Part shown: positions 59,592 through 64,000 of the stretch, piece by piece | Layout: each line of letters begins with the position of its first letter | Position numbering within the stretch: the first letter of the stretch is position 1 | NCBI GenBank assembly: GCA_903851135.1 | Contig: CAINNK010000014.1 | Span: 37,574-101,573, forward strand | Direction: 5' to 3' | Length of the DNA stretch: 64,000 nucleotides | DNA from: an uncultured bacterium | GTDB taxonomy: Bacteria; Patescibacteriota; Minisyncoccia; Moranbacterales; GWC2-37-73 | Made by a program: the position numbers and the translations under genes | Notes under the pieces: generated by a model | What the model was told of the DNA's origin: nothing | The model's input: the letters and a program-made list of their open reading frames with translations, nothing else | Databases searched by the model: none

Positions 59592-60143
59592 TTAGGATAT
59601 TTTTTTCAAGAGATCTTTTTTAACCAGAAGCAATTCACTTATTTTAATTCCCCATTGAGTTGGATCATCTCCTATAGCTTCTTCAATTGCCTCAAAACTT
59701 TGCCACTTGATTTGTTGAATTTCATCATCACCGAAAGTCAATTTCTTAATATCACCCTCATATAGCAAATAAACAATAATACTGTACTCACAATTAATTA
59801 TACTGTCGTATGTTATATAATACTTGGCATTAAATCCACTAATTAAATCTTCGAACTTAAAATCTAGACCTATCTCCTCTTTGAGCTCGGTTATAATTGT
59901 TTCTTCAATGTTTTCACCGCTTTTAATATGGCCACCAAATGAAGCAGTCCACATATGCGGGTTTGCTTTTCTTTTGATCAAGAATGAATGTGCCAATAAT
60001 TCAACCTCGCTGTTTATTTTTCGAAACAAGTAAATACGCACGGTCCGATGCCATAAACCTTTAGCGTGGCAAACACTGCGAAGCTCTTTTTCACCAGTCA
60101 AATTCCCATTTTCATCAACAAGGTCGAGATATTCTTCGGACAT
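59592..60143 (-). CDS. NUDIX hydrolase (IPP-isomerase-like subfamily)
   Basis: EYLDLVDENG..GLWHR..GGHIKSGE...ELKEEIG. Confidence 0.85.
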   Translation of the reverse strand: MSEEYLDLVDENGNLTGEKELRSVCHAKGLWHRTVRIYLFRKINSEVELLAHSFLIKRKANPHMWTASFGGHIKSGENIEETIITELKEEIGLDFKFEDLISGFNAKYYITYDSIINCEYSIIVYLLYEGDIKKLTFGDDEIQQIKWQSFEAIEEAIGDDPTQWGIKISELLLVKKDLLKKIS

Positions 60144-60156
60144 GCAATTTAAAAAG

Positions 60157-60630
60157 CTATTTATTTAATGCACCTTCATTTCTAATTAAAATATCGGCGA
60201 GCTCTTTCTCCTTTAAAGTAAACGGCGTATCTGGGTGATATACAAAAATTCTTAAATCTATTTTTGAGAAAGGAAGTTCAAATTTATTTGCTTTTTGTTC
60301 CACGCTAATATCTTTAGTATAAGCATTTTCGGCATCTAAAATAAGAACCTCTCCATGCCTTGGAAAGTCTCCTTTAAACATTAGCAAACTCGTATCTCCA
60401 CACCATTTTAATTCAATAAATTTTTCGCTTAAAGCCTTACCAATTAGGCCTGAAATAAAAGTTTTTCCAACATCAAAACTACTTCCAGTGATTGACACTA
60501 TTACACCCTTTTGGCCTTCTTGAGTTTTTAGTAAGTTTAAAATAATAGAGACGCTTTTTTGCACGCCATCTTCAACTGAGTATTCCTTCTTTTCTTGATG
60601 TTGTTCAAAATGTTGTTCATTATACATCAT
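60157..60630 (-). CDS. Hypothetical protein with P-loop-like motif
   Basis: VSITGSSFDVGKT and LILD strand. Confidence 0.6.
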   Translation of the reverse strand: MMYNEQHFEQHQEKKEYSVEDGVQKSVSIILNLLKTQEGQKGVIVSITGSSFDVGKTFISGLIGKALSEKFIELKWCGDTSLLMFKGDFPRHGEVLILDAENAYTKDISVEQKANKFELPFSKIDLRIFVYHPDTPFTLKEKELADILIRNEGALNK

Positions 60631-60640
60631 ATTGGATATA

Positions 60641-62296
60641 CTAAAACTTCACATTATTTGCCTGATTTCTCTTTTTCGCAGCGCTGACAAAACCGAAGAA
60701 AAGTGGATGGGCTTTGAGTGGGGTTGATTTAAATTCTGGGTGGAATTGTGAGCCGACAAAGAAAGGATGCTTGGAGGCTGGCAACTCAATAATTTCCATC
60801 AATTTTCCATCGGGAGATTTGCCAGAAAAAACCAGGCCAGCAGTTGCGATTTTTGAAATATATTCGGGGCTAACCTCCCAACGATGTCGGTGACGCTCTG
60901 AAATTTCTGCTTGGCCATATAAACTTTTGGCAATAGTTCCCTCTTCGAGCTTGGCAGGATAAGCACCAAGTCTCATGGTAGCTCCATAGTTGCCATCTTC
61001 CAAATTCTTTTTTTGCTCTGGCATAATGTCGATCACGGGACTAGAAGTGTTGCGATTAACTTCAGTGGTGTTAGCATCGGTTAGATTCAAAACATTACGG
61101 GCATATTCAATCACCGCCAATTGCATGCCATAGCAAATTCCCAAAAATGGAATTTGATTTTCGCGGCAAAATTGGATGGCTTTAATTTTCCCTTCGATCC
61201 CTCGTCCGCCAAAGCCGCCTGGCACCAAAACTCCGTCATATTGCGAAAGTGACTGCAATTTTTCCGGCTCTTTTTCAAAAAGTTCACTGTTGATCCAATC
61301 GATTTTGGTTTTGACATCGGCTTTATATCCAGCGTGCTTGATAGCTTCGATTACTGACATGTAGGCATCCGACAAAACAAAATCTCCCGTGCCAAAATAT
61401 TTTCCCACAATTCCAATCGTGACACTGTCTTTGGTAGCTTTGATTTTTTCCACCAAATTTTTCCAAGCTGAAAGATTTGAAGTTCTGGTTTCAAGACGCA
61501 ATTTTTTCAAAATTGTTTCCGAGAGATTATCTCTTTCGAAATTTAGCAACACCTCATAGACGTTGTCCACATCTGGCGCGCTGATAACATACTCCTGCCC
61601 AACATTGCAAAACATGGAAATTTTTTCTTTGCGTTTTTGGTCCATCGGAACTTCACTGCGAGCGATAATAAAATCAGGTTGAACTCCCGCACTGTTGACC
61701 GTTCGCACAGCATATTGAGTTGGCTTGGTTTTCATTTCACCAATCTTGTTTGGCATTGGCACATAACTAACCAACACTGAAAGTATATCGTCCGGATGTT
61801 TGATTTTCATCATGCGAATCGTTTCCAAGAAAAGCACATTTTGATATTCACCCACCGTTCCACCAATTTCAATCATGGTTATTTCAGACTTATCTTTTTC
61901 CGAAGCTTTCACGATTCTGTCTATTACTTCCAAAGGAATGTGAGGCACCACTTCCACGCATTTTCCACCATATTCCAAATTACGTTCACGGTGAATCACG
62001 GACTCATAAACCCTGCCAGTGGTCATATAGTTTTCCCGAGAAAGTTGGATGTCCATAAAGCGTTCATAGTTTCCCATGTCCTGATCAGTTTCGTCTCCAT
62101 CATTAAGCACAAAAACTTCGCCATGTTCAGTTGGGTTCATAGTTCCAGCGTCTACATTGACGTATGGGTCGATTTTGAGTGCCGTCACTTTGTAACCCCT
62201 GGCTTTCAAAATTGCGCCAATTGAAGAAGTTGTAATCCCCTTTCCAACTCCACTCATAACGCCCCCCATGACAAAAATGTATTTTCTGTTTTCCAT
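60641..62296 (-). CDS. pyrG: CTP synthase
   Basis: GGVMSGVGKG, KIDPYVNVDAGTMNP, GICYGMQ, QFHPE. Confidence 0.98.
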   Translation of the reverse strand: MENRKYIFVMGGVMSGVGKGITTSSIGAILKARGYKVTALKIDPYVNVDAGTMNPTEHGEVFVLNDGDETDQDMGNYERFMDIQLSRENYMTTGRVYESVIHRERNLEYGGKCVEVVPHIPLEVIDRIVKASEKDKSEITMIEIGGTVGEYQNVLFLETIRMMKIKHPDDILSVLVSYVPMPNKIGEMKTKPTQYAVRTVNSAGVQPDFIIARSEVPMDQKRKEKISMFCNVGQEYVISAPDVDNVYEVLLNFERDNLSETILKKLRLETRTSNLSAWKNLVEKIKATKDSVTIGIVGKYFGTGDFVLSDAYMSVIEAIKHAGYKADVKTKIDWINSELFEKEPEKLQSLSQYDGVLVPGGFGGRGIEGKIKAIQFCRENQIPFLGICYGMQLAVIEYARNVLNLTDANTTEVNRNTSSPVIDIMPEQKKNLEDGNYGATMRLGAYPAKLEEGTIAKSLYGQAEISERHRHRWEVSPEYISKIATAGLVFSGKSPDGKLMEIIELPASKHPFFVGSQFHPEFKSTPLKAHPLFFGFVSAAKKRNQANNVKF

Positions 62297-62447
62297 GCGA
62301 ACATAAAGTTCGAATCAACCCTAATTAAACTCGAATTATCGCCAATCTCTACACTATTAATTCGTGATTATTAGTGAGAAAATTCGTGAAGATCAGAGAT
62401 TTATATCATTAGTTTTGAATTCGCATTGATTAGTGATTTAACTACAC

Positions 62448-62582
62448 AAAAAGTCGCTAACTAAAAGCGACCCCCACCGCCGCCTGTACTGCGACGCCAA
62501 GCGCTGCAAACAGGCTTTCTTAATATTACTAAAAGATACTTCCCCTACAAATCATTATATACTTTTTTTTAAGCTTGTTCAA
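62448..62582 (-). promoter_or_regulatory. pyrG promoter and terminator-containing leader
   Basis: TTGAAC-17-TATAAT (62582-62554); hairpin gcctgt...acaggc; terminator gtcgct-tttagtt-agcgacttttt. Confidence 0.65.
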
Positions 62583-63006
62583 CTAGCACATTAACAGTGA
62601 CAATTATGCCATGCTCTAGGGTTATTTTCACTTCATGCGACCCAAGTTCTCTGATGTGTCCGGCAGAAATTGCCTTTTCTGGAACTTCTAATTTTAATTT
62701 TCTGATTTCAGCTGAAATATCTTTAGCCGTGATTGATCCAAAAAGTTTGCCGTCTTTAGAGCGAGCTTTAACAAAGATTTGTTTCTTGTTTAGCGCCTCA
62801 GCCAACTTCTGAGTTTCAGCTTTCTGTTCTTTTAGGAGAAGTTGCTTTTTTTCTTCTTCTTTTTGAGCTATCACCACCGCTCCCGGAGTTGCGACATTAG
62901 CAAGCTTTTTGGCTAGCAAAAAATTGCGCGCGTAACCATCCGGCACTTCTTTGATTTGGCCTTTTTTCCCGATATTCTTAACGTCTTGCAAGAGAATTAT
63001 TTTCAT
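62569..63006 (-). CDS. rplI: 50S ribosomal protein L9
   Basis: [13 protein letters not shown]...[17 protein letters not shown]. Confidence 0.97.
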   Translation of the reverse strand: MKIILLQDVKNIGKKGQIKEVPDGYARNFLLAKKLANVATPGAVVIAQKEEEKKQLLLKEQKAETQKLAEALNKKQIFVKARSKDGKLFGSITAKDISAEIRKLKLEVPEKAISAGHIRELGSHEVKITLEHGIIVTVNVLVEQA

Positions 63007-63077
63007 AAAATAGTAATTTATAAACTTATCGCTAAATATTAACACCTCATCTAGCATACATCAGCCCTGGCTTTCTT

Positions 63078-63812
63078 TCAAGCCACAACTTCTTGGCTAT
63101 TTTGAGTTTCCAATTTGCTCTGTTTGCGAACGCTCTTTTTTTTCTTTTTATTGATTAACATGAAAAGTGATAATGCCTGCATAGCGAGGACTCGCATTGT
63201 TTCAAGATCATCATTGTTGCGCTGGGAACCATTTTTTCTCAAAATTATACAAGAATATACATTATCCATCGTCTTAGGTGAAGGCACGGCAATCATTTGT
63301 TGATCTTCAAAAATATGCAAACTGGCATCGCAATTTTTCTGAGGAAAATTTATCACTACATTACTTTTACTTTTAATTTCTTTCAGAATTTCCCCATTTA
63401 ACATATTAACGAAACGAATTTGAAATTCTCCCGATTTACCGAACAATTGAATGGCCTCCATAATCGAATCATAAAGTTCCCGTTGTTTTCTGGGCGTGAT
63501 GTGCGAACTCTCGGGAAAGCCGGTTGCAATGTTCATCAGAATATCCAATTTTCTGTTTATTTCGCCAATGTATGAATATGAATTTGTTAGTTCCTTGTTG
63601 GTTCGGTTCATTTGACCAATCATTTTGATTTTTTCTTTTTCATCTTTTCGCAGCCGTCGTTCCAACAAAGTAAACAAGCCAAAAGCGAGAATTCCCAAAA
63701 ACAAAATTGCATATTCCTGGCTTTGGATTACCGTAAAGCCAAAAAAACCCTTTGAGATAGAAGAGGGAACAAAAACAATCAGCCCGAAAATGATGAAATA
63801 TATCCAATACAC
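63078..63812 (-). CDS. Hypothetical membrane protein (2 TM, coiled coil, GAF-like tail possible)
   Basis: Two N-terminal TMs, then L..SY.YIGEINRK segment. Confidence 0.7.
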   Translation of the reverse strand: MYWIYFIIFGLIVFVPSSISKGFFGFTVIQSQEYAILFLGILAFGLFTLLERRLRKDEKEKIKMIGQMNRTNKELTNSYSYIGEINRKLDILMNIATGFPESSHITPRKQRELYDSIMEAIQLFGKSGEFQIRFVNMLNGEILKEIKSKSNVVINFPQKNCDASLHIFEDQQMIAVPSPKTMDNVYSCIILRKNGSQRNNDDLETMRVLAMQALSLFMLINKKKKKSVRKQSKLETQNSQEVVA

Positions 63813-64000
63813 GCCTTTAGTTCCATTAATAATTGGCTAATTATTATTTCACAATTACCCCAAAAAGTCAATTTCACATTTCATCTTCAGAGCTGAAATA
63901 TTTATTCTTAAATTCCTAATACAATTCCCTTACTAAAAAAGTTTCGCTTGGTCTGCTTCTGACTTTTCTCGCTAAAAAGTCAGCTGCAAATAATTTCCAA

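Noticed and set aside
1-64000. Alternative genetic code (UGA=Gly) or prophage/integron
   Set aside because: Genes end at TGA and conserved proteins are uninterrupted under code 11; no integrase, transposase or phage structural gene seen

Overview
A 64-kb AT-rich chromosomal segment of a small-genome bacterium using genetic code 11. Gene content (DUF4012-like and PEGA proteins, membrane-anchored Clp ATPase, archaeal-type PyrH, several NUDIX genes, core genes mostly without Shine-Dalgarno) suggests Patescibacteria/CPR, Parcubacteria-like; this is inference. It carries housekeeping genes (lysS, greA, rseP, frr, hrcA-grpE-dnaK with a CIRCE, pyrH, rpmA, pyrG, rplI), tRNA-Lys(UUU), tRNA-Val(GAC), an AbiE type IV toxin-antitoxin pair, a stand-alone dapD, a nucleotide-handling-like operon with a frameshifted hydrolase, and a ~29-kb surface-glycan region (wzm/wzt, FkbM methyltransferase, many glycosyltransferases, asnB, ugd). 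No transposase, integrase or CRISPR array was seen. The most unusual signals are non-coding: (1) a four-copy ~130-200-bp structured repeat with covarying stems and terminal inverted repeats that brackets asnB and a glycosyltransferase; (2) other repeat pairs bracketing the AbiE module and the Clp gene; (3) orphan genes that each carry a promoter, often a boxA-like motif, a Shine-Dalgarno and a terminator; (4) a tRNA-like gene with an 8-nt anticodon loop; (5) inverted tRNA-Lys 3' fragments around a hairpin insert; (6) structured leaders of pyrG, rpmA and greA. All calls are by eye; no database search was run.
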